Shown: one piece after another, positions 1 through 9,435 of the stretch | How the letters are laid out: each line of letters starts with the position of its first letter | How positions within the stretch are numbered: the stretch's first letter is position 1 | Assembly: GCA_035280845.1 (NCBI GenBank) | Contig: DATEFB010000012.1 | Span: forward strand, 9,093 to 73,092 | Reading direction: 5' to 3' | Length of the DNA stretch: 64,000 nt | Origin: Candidatus Saccharimonadales bacterium | Lineage (GTDB): Bacteria; Patescibacteriota; Saccharimonadia; Saccharimonadales; EFPC-124 | Translations under genes and position numbers: made by a program | Notes under the pieces: generated by a model | Databases searched by the model: none | What the model was told of the DNA's origin: nothing | The model's input: the letters and a program-made list of their open reading frames with translations, nothing else

Positions 1-288
1 TCTGAGACGGAAGGTGATTCTGCCCTTTGTAAGATCGTAAGGGGTTAACTCAACTTCCACCTTGTCCCCTGGCACTAGGCGGATAAAGTGCTTGCGCATT
101 TTACCGGCAACGTGTCCGAGGATGATATGACCATTTTCGAGTTCGATATTAAACTTAGCACCCGGGAGTGATTCCACTACCCGGCCAGTCAGTTTAATCA
201 CCTCTTTGCTAGCGACAGGCGTCTGCGGATTAGCGCGACGACGGTTCCCAGCATTTGGCTTGTTATCTCTCTTTCTAATGGCCATAAG
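1..288 (-). CDS. infA: translation initiation factor IF-1, 3' end beyond window edge, N-terminal ~25 aa basic extension
   Basis: rev-comp translation [90 protein letters not shown]... has the IF-1 S1-like core (GKMR..IR..GD.V.VE..PYDL.KGRI); no stop before position 1. Confidence 0.8.
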
Positions 289-300
289 CTACAAGAGATG

Positions 301-329
301 ATTATACAGAGGTTTCACTCTGTTGTAAA
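301..329 (-). promoter_or_regulatory. sigma70-type promoter upstream of infA: -35 TTTACA, 17 bp spacer, -10 TATAAT (read on minus strand)
   Basis: plus-strand attata at 301-306 and tgtaaa at 324-329 with exact 17 bp spacing, about 12 nt upstream of the infA ATG. Confidence 0.55.
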
Positions 330-432
330 GCACTATCTGCAAGAATACTGCGCGTTGCGCAGAACGATACTTTTACTTTAGCACGATCAGCGTAGCAGTC
401 AAGATTGATCACCACAGCGCCTGCGCAGGACT

Positions 433-816
433 CTACGGACGCTGCTCGTCCAGATCAATGGCCTGCTGGACGTAATACCGCATTTTCGTTTCATCGAACT
501 CAGCGGGGCTTGAGAGCCTGATATTCAGAGTTTTATTGCCCACACCTTCAAGCATGCCATACTTGTCCTGGAATAATTTTCCCTCGCTGAAGGCAAAGGT
601 TATGCCGTGTTGCGAAGGGCTGATTACCAGCACGATACGTTTTAACCTGTAGACAGGCGTACCATAATAATTTTCGGTACCGCCGCGCATCTCTTCTTTA
701 AGCTGCGGGAAGTCTGATTTGATGAATGTCCGGAATGCCTCTACGAGTGGGCGGTATTCGGGACGGACTTTGGTTCGTATGAACTCTTCGACTTGTTTTT
801 GTATTGAGCTGCTCAT
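433..816 (-). CDS. hypothetical protein, DUF1801 (YdhG)-like small protein
   Basis: 127 aa ORF; pattern ...YGTPVY..IVLVISPSQHGITFAFSEGKLFQDKYGMLEGVGNKTLNIRL resembles DUF1801 family; sits between secY and infA where adk/map are usually found. Confidence 0.55.
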   Translation of the reverse strand: MSSSIQKQVEEFIRTKVRPEYRPLVEAFRTFIKSDFPQLKEEMRGGTENYYGTPVYRLKRIVLVISPSQHGITFAFSEGKLFQDKYGMLEGVGNKTLNIRLSSPAEFDETKMRYYVQQAIDLDEQRP

Positions 817-834
817 AACAGCTATTGTATCAGT

Positions 835-2259
835 CTAATAATCTTGGTCATAGGTGACCATGAGCGCGCGCGAGTTGATCTGACGCAGCGTCTCGAGCGT
901 CACCGACACGACAATGAGCAGTCCAGTACCACCGATGGCGAGGTTCTGGATTCCGGTAACACCGAACTTGGCAAATATGAATTCCGTGACAAATGGCAGG
1001 ACCGCAATGATACCCAGGGCAACCGAGCCAAACAGTGTCAGGCGTGTAACAGTGCGGCGCAGGTACTTTTCGGTTTGCTGACCAGGGCGAATGTTAGCGA
1101 TGAAACCGCCCTGCTTCTGCAGGTTCTCGGCAATCTCGGTCGAGTTAAAGACGATGCTCGTGTAAAAGTAAGTAAACGCCACAACCAGCACAAAATAGGC
1201 TGCAGGGTAAATAATGGTCGAGATGTCACCTTGTGCGAACAGTTGCGCGTTCGGCGTTTGGAACCAGACTGAAAGGTTCTGGCCAACTTCAGCCCAATAC
1301 GGGTCAGCGACACCCTTAAGCACTTGGCCGACAAAGGCAGGCAGTGCAAGGAACGCGACCGCGAAGATCACAGGAATCACGCCAGCGGTAATAAGCTTCA
1401 CGGGCAGGATGCTCGTGACACCACCGTATGCACGGTTGCCCTGCACGCGCTTTGCGTAGTTAATAGTTATAACGCGCTGCGCCTCGTTAATCTTAACAAT
1501 GATGTACAGGACTATCAGTCCACCCACTATTAAGCCCAGCGACACCCAGAATGCAAAGGCATTCACCGGCAGCGTGAACCAGTTAAAGACATGGAGTTTA
1601 TCCGCTTCAGTACCGATACTCGTGAGCGATGTGACAAGCGTACCCATGGTTTGCGGCAACTGGCTAATAATACCCGCGAAAATAAGCAGCGACATGCCGT
1701 TCCCTACGCCTTGCTCGGTCATAAGCTCACCAAGCCACATAAGAAGCATGGCGCCAGCAGTCATGGCACCCACCATAATGACCCATTGCAGAACAGTCGT
1801 AGAGGCGGTTATATCGACGCCAGTATTGCCAGCCAATACGCTCTGCCGCAGGATAAAGATAAACGCAATCGATTGCATAACTGCAAGAGGCAGCGTAATA
1901 ATACGCGTCCATTGCTGGATCTTGCGCCGCCCTACCTCTCCGTCCTTATGGAGCTCCTCGAGTTTAGGGATGGCTTTTGTAAGAAGCTGCGTGATAACAG
2001 ATGCAGTAATGTATGGCGAAAGACCAACCAACACAATGGAAAGGTTGGCGAGCGCTCCACCGGAAAGAATATTTATAAACCCGCCGAAGTCACTTTGTGA
2101 AAGCAGGTTGTTCAACACTTCTTTCAGCTGAGTTGGCTCTGCGAGCGGTACGGGCACATGCGCCAAAAAGCGGTAAACGATAATAATGCCAATAACAATA
2201 AGCAGGCGTTTCTGCATGTCTCGGCTTTTCAGGGATTTCAGGATATTTTTCCAGTTCAT
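835..2259 (-). CDS. secY: preprotein translocase subunit SecY
   Basis: 474 aa, 10 TM segments, conserved SecY motifs (GGALANLSI..., GIMPFIYAS-like ITASVITQLL, GTLVTS). Confidence 0.95.
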   Translation of the reverse strand: MNWKNILKSLKSRDMQKRLLIVIGIIIVYRFLAHVPVPLAEPTQLKEVLNNLLSQSDFGGFINILSGGALANLSIVLVGLSPYITASVITQLLTKAIPKLEELHKDGEVGRRKIQQWTRIITLPLAVMQSIAFIFILRQSVLAGNTGVDITASTTVLQWVIMVGAMTAGAMLLMWLGELMTEQGVGNGMSLLIFAGIISQLPQTMGTLVTSLTSIGTEADKLHVFNWFTLPVNAFAFWVSLGLIVGGLIVLYIIVKINEAQRVITINYAKRVQGNRAYGGVTSILPVKLITAGVIPVIFAVAFLALPAFVGQVLKGVADPYWAEVGQNLSVWFQTPNAQLFAQGDISTIIYPAAYFVLVVAFTYFYTSIVFNSTEIAENLQKQGGFIANIRPGQQTEKYLRRTVTRLTLFGSVALGIIAVLPFVTEFIFAKFGVTGIQNLAIGGTGLLIVVSVTLETLRQINSRALMVTYDQDY

Positions 2260-2357
2260 GTCGGTATTCGCTTTCGCCTTAGTACTTATTTAAGATATCA
2301 CACTTTTGGCACTGTGGGGGTAGGTTTTGCCAATTGTTAGCGCGATCCTGGGCGTGG

Positions 2358-3158
2358 CTATTTCGCTGCCAGATTTACTGCCCGCATAAAGCCACGCGTG
2401 GCAGATGCGTAGCCTTCGGGATTATCGATGTCGGGAAAATGGTCAGCACCCGGGATCTCGGCAACGGTTACTTCCGGATGTGCTTGCAGCGTCGGCAAAT
2501 ACGCCGCGCGCTCAAACTCGCCGTGAACATACCACTTTACGCCCTGGAACCCTAAAAACTGGTGCAACGACCCGCCGGCACGTGCCCGCGCAACGCTCTC
2601 CACTGCAGACGTATGGTACGCAAGCCTCTCTGACTCGGTAAATGCAGCGACATGGTGGCCATATTTTCTGAGGCCAGCATTTTGGCTGCCCACAAGCCGT
2701 GCTACGTGCACATCATAGCCATTGCCGTACACAAACTCGTCTTTTGGCATATCAGCAACCAGACCCGTTAAATAGCGGTCGCTCATCTCGAAACTTGCGG
2801 CAACGCCAGCAATACCGACCACAGCATCAGGGCGTCGGAAGCCTTGTTCGGTTGCGTCGTCGCCCCCTCGGCTATGCCCAATGAGCGCGTACTGACCCAG
2901 CCCATGCCTGGCGGCCAGCGCGTCAATAACATGCAGTCTGCGCTCCATATTGCCACTGACTTCATGGGGCAACGTCAGGGTAATAATGCGGTGCTCGTCC
3001 GCCAAGCGTTCGGCAATAGGATCAAAATCTTCCTTCGAGCAACCCCAGCCGTGAACGCTTATTGCAGCCACGCCGCCTGGCCGCCCTATGTCAGAAAATG
3101 GAATGGACACCCGCCCTTCTGGTGTGCGCAACTCGAACTGATCAGTATGTCGCCTCAT
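2358..3158 (-). CDS. alpha/beta-fold hydrolase
   Basis: 266 aa; nucleophile elbow IGHSRGG (G-x-S-x-G), C-terminal ADHFPD histidine; inserted between secY and rplO. Confidence 0.75.
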   Translation of the reverse strand: MRRHTDQFELRTPEGRVSIPFSDIGRPGGVAAISVHGWGCSKEDFDPIAERLADEHRIITLTLPHEVSGNMERRLHVIDALAARHGLGQYALIGHSRGGDDATEQGFRRPDAVVGIAGVAASFEMSDRYLTGLVADMPKDEFVYGNGYDVHVARLVGSQNAGLRKYGHHVAAFTESERLAYHTSAVESVARARAGGSLHQFLGFQGVKWYVHGEFERAAYLPTLQAHPEVTVAEIPGADHFPDIDNPEGYASATRGFMRAVNLAAK

Positions 3159-3176
3159 AATCTGATATTTTACACC

Positions 3177-3206
3177 AAAAAAGCCACGATCACTCGTGGC
3201 TTTTTT
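3177..3206. terminator. A6-stem-loop-T6 hairpin (GCCACGA tcac TCGTGGC) directly after rplO
   Basis: perfect 7 bp stem flanked by AAAAAA and TTTTTT; on minus strand it lies 15-20 nt after the rplO stop and about 20 nt before the hydrolase ATG. Confidence 0.6.
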
Positions 3207-3223
3207 GGTGGCGGGAGGAATCC

Positions 3224-3715
3224 CTACTTTTCTTCTTTAGCGTCCTGCTTTTTAGCACGTGTGCTTGCAGGCAGGTTTGGCACTGGTGTCTTTTCGAATG
3301 TACCGCCAGCTTTGGCGATAGCTTCCTGAGCACCCTTGCTTGCAGCTTGGACCTTAACGTCAACTTTGCCCGTTACTTCACCGCGAAGAATAATCTTAAC
3401 AGTGTGGTAAGGAGTAGAGACGAGGCCAGCGTCAGCCATCGCTTTGTTGTCGGCAGCTTTGCCGGCCAATTCGTTCAGCATGTCGGTGTAGACGACCTGC
3501 GCTGGAACGTGTAGGCTCTTGAAACCACGGTGCTTAGGAATGCGCTGCATCAGCGAGCCCTGACCACCCATAAAGGTAGCACGGAGCTTCTTGCCGGTAC
3601 GAGAGTTCTGACCCTTAGTACCGCGACCGGCAGTCTTGCCGCCACCGGCAGCAATACCGCGACCGACGCGCTTCTTGTCTTTGTGGCCTTCGGCCTGTAA
3701 TTCGTGGACTTTCAT
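3224..3715 (-). CDS. rplO: 50S ribosomal protein L15
   Basis: 163 aa, glycine/lysine-rich N-terminus typical of uL15 (RVGRGIAAGGGKTAGRGTKGQ); position after rpsE. Confidence 0.93.
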   Translation of the reverse strand: MKVHELQAEGHKDKKRVGRGIAAGGGKTAGRGTKGQNSRTGKKLRATFMGGQGSLMQRIPKHRGFKSLHVPAQVVYTDMLNELAGKAADNKAMADAGLVSTPYHTVKIILRGEVTGKVDVKVQAASKGAQEAIAKAGGTFEKTPVPNLPASTRAKKQDAKEEK

Positions 3716-4314
3716 TACTTAGCCTCCTTGACTACTGCAGCTTTTGCAGGAGCTTTCTTGGCTACTTTTTGCACCCACTGGTCCTGAGGTACGAGCTTCT
3801 TCAGCGCATCCAAGGTTGCGTAGGCGTTGTTCACTTTGTTTGTTGAACCAAGAGCCTTGCTTAGCAGGTTGGTCACACCCGTCAGACCGATGATTGAGCG
3901 CACAGCACCACCAGCGATAACGCCGGTACCAGGAGCTGCGGGCTTCAGTAGCACTTTAGCGCCGCCGATTTTAGATTCAACATCGTGAGGGATAGTTGCG
4001 TTTACAACTGGAATTGTAACCAGGTTCTTTTTGGCTTGGTCAACGGCTTTGCTGACTGCAGACTGAACGTCCATAGCCTTTGCAACGCCCACACCAACGC
4101 GCTGCTTGCCGTCGCCAACAGCTACAAGAGCCTTGAAACGGAAGCGGCGTCCACCTTTTACCACACGGGCAACGCGGTCGATGCCAATGACATATTCCTG
4201 GAAGATCTTCTCTTCTTTTGGCTGCTGGTTGCGATCGTTAGGACGACGGCCTTGGCCTGGGCGGCCACCAGCGCGGTTCTTTGGGTCAATACTTACTGCT
4301 GCTTGTTGTGCCAT
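3715..4314 (-). CDS. rpsE: 30S ribosomal protein S5 (with N- and C-terminal extensions)
   Basis: 199 aa; core [20 protein letters not shown]...GVIAGGAVR typical of uS5. Confidence 0.93.
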   Translation of the reverse strand: MAQQAAVSIDPKNRAGGRPGQGRRPNDRNQQPKEEKIFQEYVIGIDRVARVVKGGRRFRFKALVAVGDGKQRVGVGVAKAMDVQSAVSKAVDQAKKNLVTIPVVNATIPHDVESKIGGAKVLLKPAAPGTGVIAGGAVRSIIGLTGVTNLLSKALGSTNKVNNAYATLDALKKLVPQDQWVQKVAKKAPAKAAVVKEAK

Positions 4315-4316
4315 AA

Positions 4317-4673
4317 TTAGAACTCCAATCCACCTTGGCGGGCAGCATCTGCCAACGCCTTAAGGCGGCCATGATATTTGCGGCCGTTGCGGTCAAACAC
4401 AACAGCGGTAATTTTGGCCTTCTTTGCTTTTTTAGCAATGTCGGCACCAATCCAGGCGGCTTTTTCGCTCAGACTACCCTTTACATCCTTGGCGGTTGCA
4501 GTAGTGCTGCTGGCGAGTGTTTTACCGTTTTCATCGTTAATGATCTGGGCGTGAATGTGCTGGTTGCTCACATACACGCTGAGGCGTGGACGGGCTTCGG
4601 TGCCTACAACAACAGCGCGGACGCGGTTCTTGCGGAGCAAGCGGTTAGCGAGTTTTTTCATTACCATAGACAT
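4317..4673 (-). CDS. rplR: 50S ribosomal protein L18
   Basis: ORF 4317..4721 trimmed to ATG at 4671-4673 (MSMVMKKLANRLLRKNRVRA...) to avoid overlap with rplF; uL18 core present. Confidence 0.88.
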   Translation of the reverse strand: MSMVMKKLANRLLRKNRVRAVVVGTEARPRLSVYVSNQHIHAQIINDENGKTLASSTTATAKDVKGSLSEKAAWIGADIAKKAKKAKITAVVFDRNGRKYHGRLKALADAARQGGLEF

Positions 4674-4674
4674 C

Positions 4675-5211
4675 TTATTTAGCTCCCGTCTTACCGGCTT
4701 TACGCAGGATGACTTCGTCAACGTACTTAATACCCTTGCCCTTGTAAGGCTCTGGCTTCTTAAGTGCGCGGATTTCAGCGGCTACCTGGCCGACTTTTTG
4801 CTTGTCAATGCCAGCAACTGTAATGAGGTTCTTCTCAACGGTCAGCTGGATGCCTTCTGGGGCGGTGTATTTAACAGGGTGCGAGAAACCAAGCGCCATG
4901 TCGAGCGTCTGACCGCTGCCGCTTACGCGGAAACCGACACCGTTCAGCTCGAGCTTCTTCTCGAAGCCCTTCGTGACGCCAGTTACCATGTTGCTCAGTA
5001 ATGCGCGCATCAGGCCGTGGCCTGCGCGAGCCATTGCTTCATCGTTTTCACGGCTTACAATAACCTCTTTGTCGGTTACGTCAACCTTTACAAATGGAAG
5101 CGTAAATTGAGTGAGTGTGCCCTTTGGACCGGCGACCGTAATATTGTGGTCGTCGACCGTGATTGTCACACCGCTCGGGATTGGAATCGGTAGTTTTCCG
5201 ATACGACTCAT
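4675..5211 (-). CDS. rplF: 50S ribosomal protein L6
   Basis: 178 aa MSRIGKLPIPIPSGV... canonical uL6 start and two-domain pattern. Confidence 0.93.
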   Translation of the reverse strand: MSRIGKLPIPIPSGVTITVDDHNITVAGPKGTLTQFTLPFVKVDVTDKEVIVSRENDEAMARAGHGLMRALLSNMVTGVTKGFEKKLELNGVGFRVSGSGQTLDMALGFSHPVKYTAPEGIQLTVEKNLITVAGIDKQKVGQVAAEIRALKKPEPYKGKGIKYVDEVILRKAGKTGAK

Positions 5212-5222
5212 TATGTTACTCC

Positions 5223-5624
5223 TTAGTAAACCTTACAAAGCACTTCGCCACCAAGGCGGGCTTTCTTAGCTTGGGTACCGGTCATGACACCTTGGCTGGT
5301 CGAAACCAGTACAATGCCGCGACCGCTCTTAATGCGTGGGATCTCGGTGGCTTTTGCGTATACGCGCTGGCCAGGTTTGCTCACGCGCTGGATTTCTGTG
5401 ATTGTGGCTTTCTCGCCTGGCTCGTTGATTGTAATCACGATTGTGCCACGAGGAGAGCCTTCCACCATTTTGACTGCCGACAAGTAACCAGCTTTTTTAA
5501 GCTGTTCGGCAACGGTCAGTTTGATCTTGCTTGCAGGAACCGTAACTTCTGTTTTGTTAACAGCCATTGCGTTACGGATGCGGGTCAGCAAGTCTGCGAT
5601 TGGGTCTGTAGATTGCATGCTCAT
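5223..5624 (-). CDS. rpsH: 30S ribosomal protein S8
   Basis: 133 aa, MSMQSTDPIADLLTRIRNA... canonical uS8 N-terminus. Confidence 0.93.
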   Translation of the reverse strand: MSMQSTDPIADLLTRIRNAMAVNKTEVTVPASKIKLTVAEQLKKAGYLSAVKMVEGSPRGTIVITINEPGEKATITEIQRVSKPGQRVYAKATEIPRIKSGRGIVLVSTSQGVMTGTQAKKARLGGEVLCKVY

Positions 5625-5634
5625 GATGGTTCTC

Positions 5635-5904
5635 CTACCAGCTGGCCTTTGTTACGCCAGGGACTTCACCTTTGCTGGCTTTTTCGCGGAATGTGATACG
5701 GTCGAGGCCGAAACGGCGCATGTAAGCGCGTGGGCGGCCACCAACCAACGAACGGTTCTTCTGACGGGTTGGGCTACTGTTGCGTGGCAAAAGTGCCAGG
5801 CCTTCGTAGTCGCCTGCTGCCTTGAGTTCGGCGCGCTTAGTGGCAAACTTGGCAATCATGCGAAGCCGTTTTAGGTCACGGGCGATGATAGATTTCTTAG
5901 CCAT
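5635..5904 (-). CDS. rpsN: 30S ribosomal protein S14 (long type)
   Basis: [13 protein letters not shown]... [18 protein letters not shown]; ORF trimmed to ATG at 5902-5904 next to the rplE stop. Confidence 0.9.
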   Translation of the reverse strand: MAKKSIIARDLKRLRMIAKFATKRAELKAAGDYEGLALLPRNSSPTRQKNRSLVGGRPRAYMRRFGLDRITFREKASKGEVPGVTKASW

Positions 5905-5905
5905 C

Positions 5906-6496
5906 TTAGCGGTTCTCCTTCTCAAATGGCATGCCGAATGCGGTCAAAAGAGCGCGGGCATGTGCTGGTTCGTCAGCTTTAATTACAAAGTTCACCTGCA
6001 AACCATGCAGTGTGGTTGTGTCTTCAAAACCAAGTTCTGGGAAGATCGACTGGTCGGTCAGGCCCAGGCTGTAGTTGCCAGCTTTGTCGAAAGCCTTAGC
6101 ACTTACACCGTGGAAGTCGCGCATACGTGGCAGTACGGCCTGTACCAAGCGGTCCAGGAATTCGTACATGCGGGCGTCACGCAATGTAACGCTCACGCCA
6201 ATGCGGTTCATGCCGCGGCGGATTTTAAAGGTTGCAATAGATTTCTTAGCCATGCGGTCAACTGGCTGTTGGCCAGTGATCTTGCGCAGCGTACTTACTA
6301 CAACCTCGTGATAATGCTTGTCATCCTTGTTCTTACCAAGGCCTACGTTCAGCACGATTTTCTCGAGCTTCGGCACCTGGTGAACATTACTAAGACCTAA
6401 GTCTTTCTGGAGACGTGGCACCAGCTCAGTATTGTACAGAGCCTTGAGGCGAGCAGTATCAGCAGTCGCGCGACTTGCTTGCGTCTTCGTTACCAT
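5906..6496 (-). CDS. rplE: 50S ribosomal protein L5
   Basis: 196 aa; uL5 motifs ([22 protein letters not shown]). Confidence 0.92.
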   Translation of the reverse strand: MVTKTQASRATADTARLKALYNTELVPRLQKDLGLSNVHQVPKLEKIVLNVGLGKNKDDKHYHEVVVSTLRKITGQQPVDRMAKKSIATFKIRRGMNRIGVSVTLRDARMYEFLDRLVQAVLPRMRDFHGVSAKAFDKAGNYSLGLTDQSIFPELGFEDTTTLHGLQVNFVIKADEPAHARALLTAFGMPFEKENR

Positions 6497-6813
6497 TACT
6501 TAATCTCCTTGTTGGCAGCCTGGCGTGCAACACGCACTTTGGCGCCATCTTTCTTTACTTCGTAGCCTACGCGGGTTGTTTTAGCGGCGTCACTTGGGTT
6601 AACCAAGGCAACTTTACTTGCGTCGATCGCTACGTGAATGTCTTTCGTGCCACCCTGAGGGTTAATAGCGTTCGGTTTGACATTGCGCTTGCGCTCGCCA
6701 ATACCTTCAAGCTTTACTGCACCTTTGGCAGGAAGGACACTTAACACTTTTGCAGTCTTACCCTTGTGGGCGCCTGCAATAACTTTCACTACGTCGCCAG
6801 TTTTGATCTTCAT
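6496..6813 (-). CDS. rplX: 50S ribosomal protein L24
   Basis: 105 aa MKIKTGDVVKVIAGAHKGKTAKVL... KOW motif. Confidence 0.92.
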   Translation of the reverse strand: MKIKTGDVVKVIAGAHKGKTAKVLSVLPAKGAVKLEGIGERKRNVKPNAINPQGGTKDIHVAIDASKVALVNPSDAAKTTRVGYEVKKDGAKVRVARQAANKEIK

Positions 6814-6814
6814 A

Positions 6815-7183
6815 CTAGAGTACCTCCGGTGCGAGGCTAATGATCTTCATGTAGCCTTTGTCGCGCAGCTCACGTGGCACTGGGCCGAATACGCGGGTTG
6901 CTTTAGGGTTCTTGTCATCGCCAATAACTACAGCGGCGTTTTCGTCGAACTTAATGGTCGAGCCGTCTTTGCGCTTAATGGTCGCAGTGGTGCGAACAAT
7001 AACCGCCTTAACGACGCTCTTGCGCTTGACTGCGCCAGCTGGGTTAGCGTCCTTAACGCTTGCGACAATGATGTCGCCAACGTGGGCGTAACGGCGGCCA
7101 GTGCCACCAAGCACACGGATACACAGAAGTTCTTTGGCGCCGCTGTTGTCAGCGACCTTGAGGCGTGATTCTTGTTGGATCAT
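6815..7183 (-). CDS. rplN: 50S ribosomal protein L14
   Basis: 122 aa [27 protein letters not shown]... canonical uL14. Confidence 0.95.
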   Translation of the reverse strand: MIQQESRLKVADNSGAKELLCIRVLGGTGRRYAHVGDIIVASVKDANPAGAVKRKSVVKAVIVRTTATIKRKDGSTIKFDENAAVVIGDDKNPKATRVFGPVPRELRDKGYMKIISLAPEVL

Positions 7184-7186
7184 GAC

Positions 7187-7456
7187 TTATGCCTCTTCCT
7201 TCAACTCTTCTGCTGCGTGACCGGTTTCAACGATTTTGCTCAGGGTCCAGCTTTTGCGGCGGCTGATCGGGCGGGTTTCGCTGATCTCAACCTTGTCACC
7301 AACGTGAGCTTCGTTCTTCTCGTCGTGTACGGCGTACTTTTTGGTAACGCTGTAGCGCTTGTCATATTTAGGGTGAGTAACGCTGCGGACGGTAGAAACA
7401 GTAATAGTCTTGTCTTGAACGTCGGATGTTACGACGCCAACCATTTTACGTGCCAT
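7187..7456 (-). CDS. rpsQ: 30S ribosomal protein S17
   Basis: 89 aa; ...GVVTSDVQDKTITV...HDE.N.A..GD.V.I.E.RP.S. Confidence 0.92.
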   Translation of the reverse strand: MARKMVGVVTSDVQDKTITVSTVRSVTHPKYDKRYSVTKKYAVHDEKNEAHVGDKVEISETRPISRRKSWTLSKIVETGHAAEELKEEA

Positions 7457-7457
7457 A

Positions 7458-7700
7458 CTATTTGTCCTCTTCTTTCTTCTCGGCGGGCTTGCGTGCGGCT
7501 TCGCCCATAAGTGTCAGCGTCTTGGCAATTTCCCTGCGGGTCTTGCGGATAACGTGAGCGCTTGGAAGCTCTTGTGCTGCGTGCGCGCGGTGCTGTTCGA
7601 CCAATTGTTGCTTTAGTTCAGCTAATTTACTTGTTAATGCTGGTCCGTCAAGTTTGCGGAGCTCTTCGACGACGTTCTGCTTTTGCTTCTTGTCAGCCAT
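7458..7700 (-). CDS. rpmC: 50S ribosomal protein L29
   Basis: 80 aa; position between rplP and rpsQ; coiled basic protein LRKLDGPALTSKLAELKQQL. Confidence 0.85.
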   Translation of the reverse strand: MADKKQKQNVVEELRKLDGPALTSKLAELKQQLVEQHRAHAAQELPSAHVIRKTRREIAKTLTLMGEAARKPAEKKEEDK

Positions 7701-7702
7701 GA

Positions 7703-8116
7703 TTATGCTTCCTCTCGCTTGATGAACTTAGTCTTTACTGGCAGCTTGTGGCTGGCGAGACGCATGGCTTCACGGGCAATTTCTTCGCTCACACCCTTCA
7801 TCTCGAACATTACTGTGCCAGCTTTTACCTTGGCTGCGAAGTAATCTGGTGCGCCTTTGCCACCACCCATCTTTACATCCTGTGGCTTTTTGGTAACTGG
7901 AGTGTGCGGGAAGATGCGGATCCAGATTTTACCACCACGCTTGATGTAACGGGTCATAGCCTGACGGGCAGATTCGATTTGGCGGCTGGTAATGCGCTCG
8001 TTGCCCTGAGACTGAAGCGCAAAGTCGCCGAATGCAATGTAGTGGCCGGCAGTGGCGATACCTACGTTCTTGCCGATGCGTACCTTGCGGAACTTGGTCT
8101 TCTTAGGAAGTAACAT
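7703..8116 (-). CDS. rplP: 50S ribosomal protein L16
   Basis: 137 aa [19 protein letters not shown]... canonical uL16. Confidence 0.95.
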   Translation of the reverse strand: MLLPKKTKFRKVRIGKNVGIATAGHYIAFGDFALQSQGNERITSRQIESARQAMTRYIKRGGKIWIRIFPHTPVTKKPQDVKMGGGKGAPDYFAAKVKAGTVMFEMKGVSEEIAREAMRLASHKLPVKTKFIKREEA

Positions 8117-8117
8117 C

Positions 8118-8753
8118 TTAGGCTACCTCCCCTTTATAGATCCAGACCTTAATACCAACAGTACCGGCACCAGGAATCTGGCAGGTAGCAAGATGGTAGT
8201 CAATGTCGGCGCGCAGGGTATGCAGAGGTACTGAACCCTGAATTTCTTTTTCGCGGCGTGACATTTCAGCGCCACCAAGGCGGCCAGACACCTCGATGCG
8301 GATGCCTTTGGCACCAGCATTTATGGTGTTTTGTGCACCCATCTTTACAGCACGGCGCCAGTTGATACGGCGCTCGAGCTGGCGACCGATGTTCTCGGCA
8401 ACAAGCTTAGCGGCCAGTTCTGGACGGCGTACTTCTTCGATGTTAAGGCGGACAGGCTTCTGGATGATCTTTTCGATCTCTGCCTTCAGCGCTTGTGCAC
8501 CGGATCCACCGCGGCCAATGACCACACCGGCTTTCGCAGTGTGAACAGTAACAGTCACCAGGTTAGGTGCGCGTTCGATGTCGATTTTCTGGATAGTCGC
8601 GCGGGTAGCGAACATTTTCTCGATGAGACCACGGACCTTCAAGTCCTGGGCCAGCATCTCGGCATATTCGTGCTTACCAGCTGCGAACCATTTGCTGCGC
8701 CAGTCTTTGTTGACCTGAAGGCGCATGCTAATGGGGTTTACTTTTTGACCCAT
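8118..8753 (-). CDS. rpsC: 30S ribosomal protein S3
   Basis: 211 aa [12 protein letters not shown]... KH domain, canonical uS3. Confidence 0.95.
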   Translation of the reverse strand: MGQKVNPISMRLQVNKDWRSKWFAAGKHEYAEMLAQDLKVRGLIEKMFATRATIQKIDIERAPNLVTVTVHTAKAGVVIGRGGSGAQALKAEIEKIIQKPVRLNIEEVRRPELAAKLVAENIGRQLERRINWRRAVKMGAQNTINAGAKGIRIEVSGRLGGAEMSRREKEIQGSVPLHTLRADIDYHLATCQIPGAGTVGIKVWIYKGEVA

Positions 8754-9166
8754 TACTTAGTCTCCTTCTTTGCAGCAGCCGGCTTAGCGGCTGGTTTTTC
8801 GCTTACTTTCTTAGGCTTAATCTCACCACTGACTTCGACCAAAATGTGGCTGGATTTCTTCTGGTATGGCAAGGCACGGCCCATGGCAGCTGGGTTAAAG
8901 CGCTTCAGGCGTGGCCCGGCAGTAACTTGCAGTTGTGTGATTTGCAGGGTGCTTTCAACCAAACCGTGGTTGTTGACGGCGTTGGCCTTGGCGGCAGCGA
9001 TTAACTTGGTAACAGGTTTGGCGGCGCGCTTAGGAGTGAATTCCAGGATAGTCAAGGCGTCAGCTACGCTGCGGCCACGTACCAGACCGGCAACCAGGCC
9101 AATCTTACGTGGGCTTTGGCGTACACCCTTTGCCGATGCTCGGACAATAGTTTGTAATTCAGCCAT
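8753..9166 (-). CDS. rplV: 50S ribosomal protein L22
   Basis: 137 aa; ...ARASAKGVRQSPRKIGLVAGLVRGRSVADALTILEF... uL22 with Lys/Ala-rich tail. Confidence 0.9.
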   Translation of the reverse strand: MAELQTIVRASAKGVRQSPRKIGLVAGLVRGRSVADALTILEFTPKRAAKPVTKLIAAAKANAVNNHGLVESTLQITQLQVTAGPRLKRFNPAAMGRALPYQKKSSHILVEVSGEIKPKKVSEKPAAKPAAAKKETK

Positions 9167-9432
9167 TACTTTTTATCCTTCTTCGCGTGACCGCGGAACT
9201 TACGTGTTGGGCTAAACTCGCCGAGTTTGTGGCCAACCATGTTTTCAGATACGAATACTGGCACGTGGACGCGGCCGTTGTGTACGGCAAACGAACGGCC
9301 AACCATGTCTGGAGTAATGGTGCTGGCGCGTGCCCAGGTTTTAATGACCGTACGGTCATCGTTGCCTAGGGCAGCAACTTTCTTAGCTAGTTTAGGGTCA
9401 ATAAATGGGCCTTTTTTCAGTGAACGACTCAT
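9166..9432 (-). CDS. rpsS: 30S ribosomal protein S19
   Basis: 88 aa [15 protein letters not shown]...[11 protein letters not shown]...[11 protein letters not shown] canonical uS19. Confidence 0.95.
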   Translation of the reverse strand: MSRSLKKGPFIDPKLAKKVAALGNDDRTVIKTWARASTITPDMVGRSFAVHNGRVHVPVFVSENMVGHKLGEFSPTRKFRGHAKKDKK

Positions 9433-9435
9433 GGC

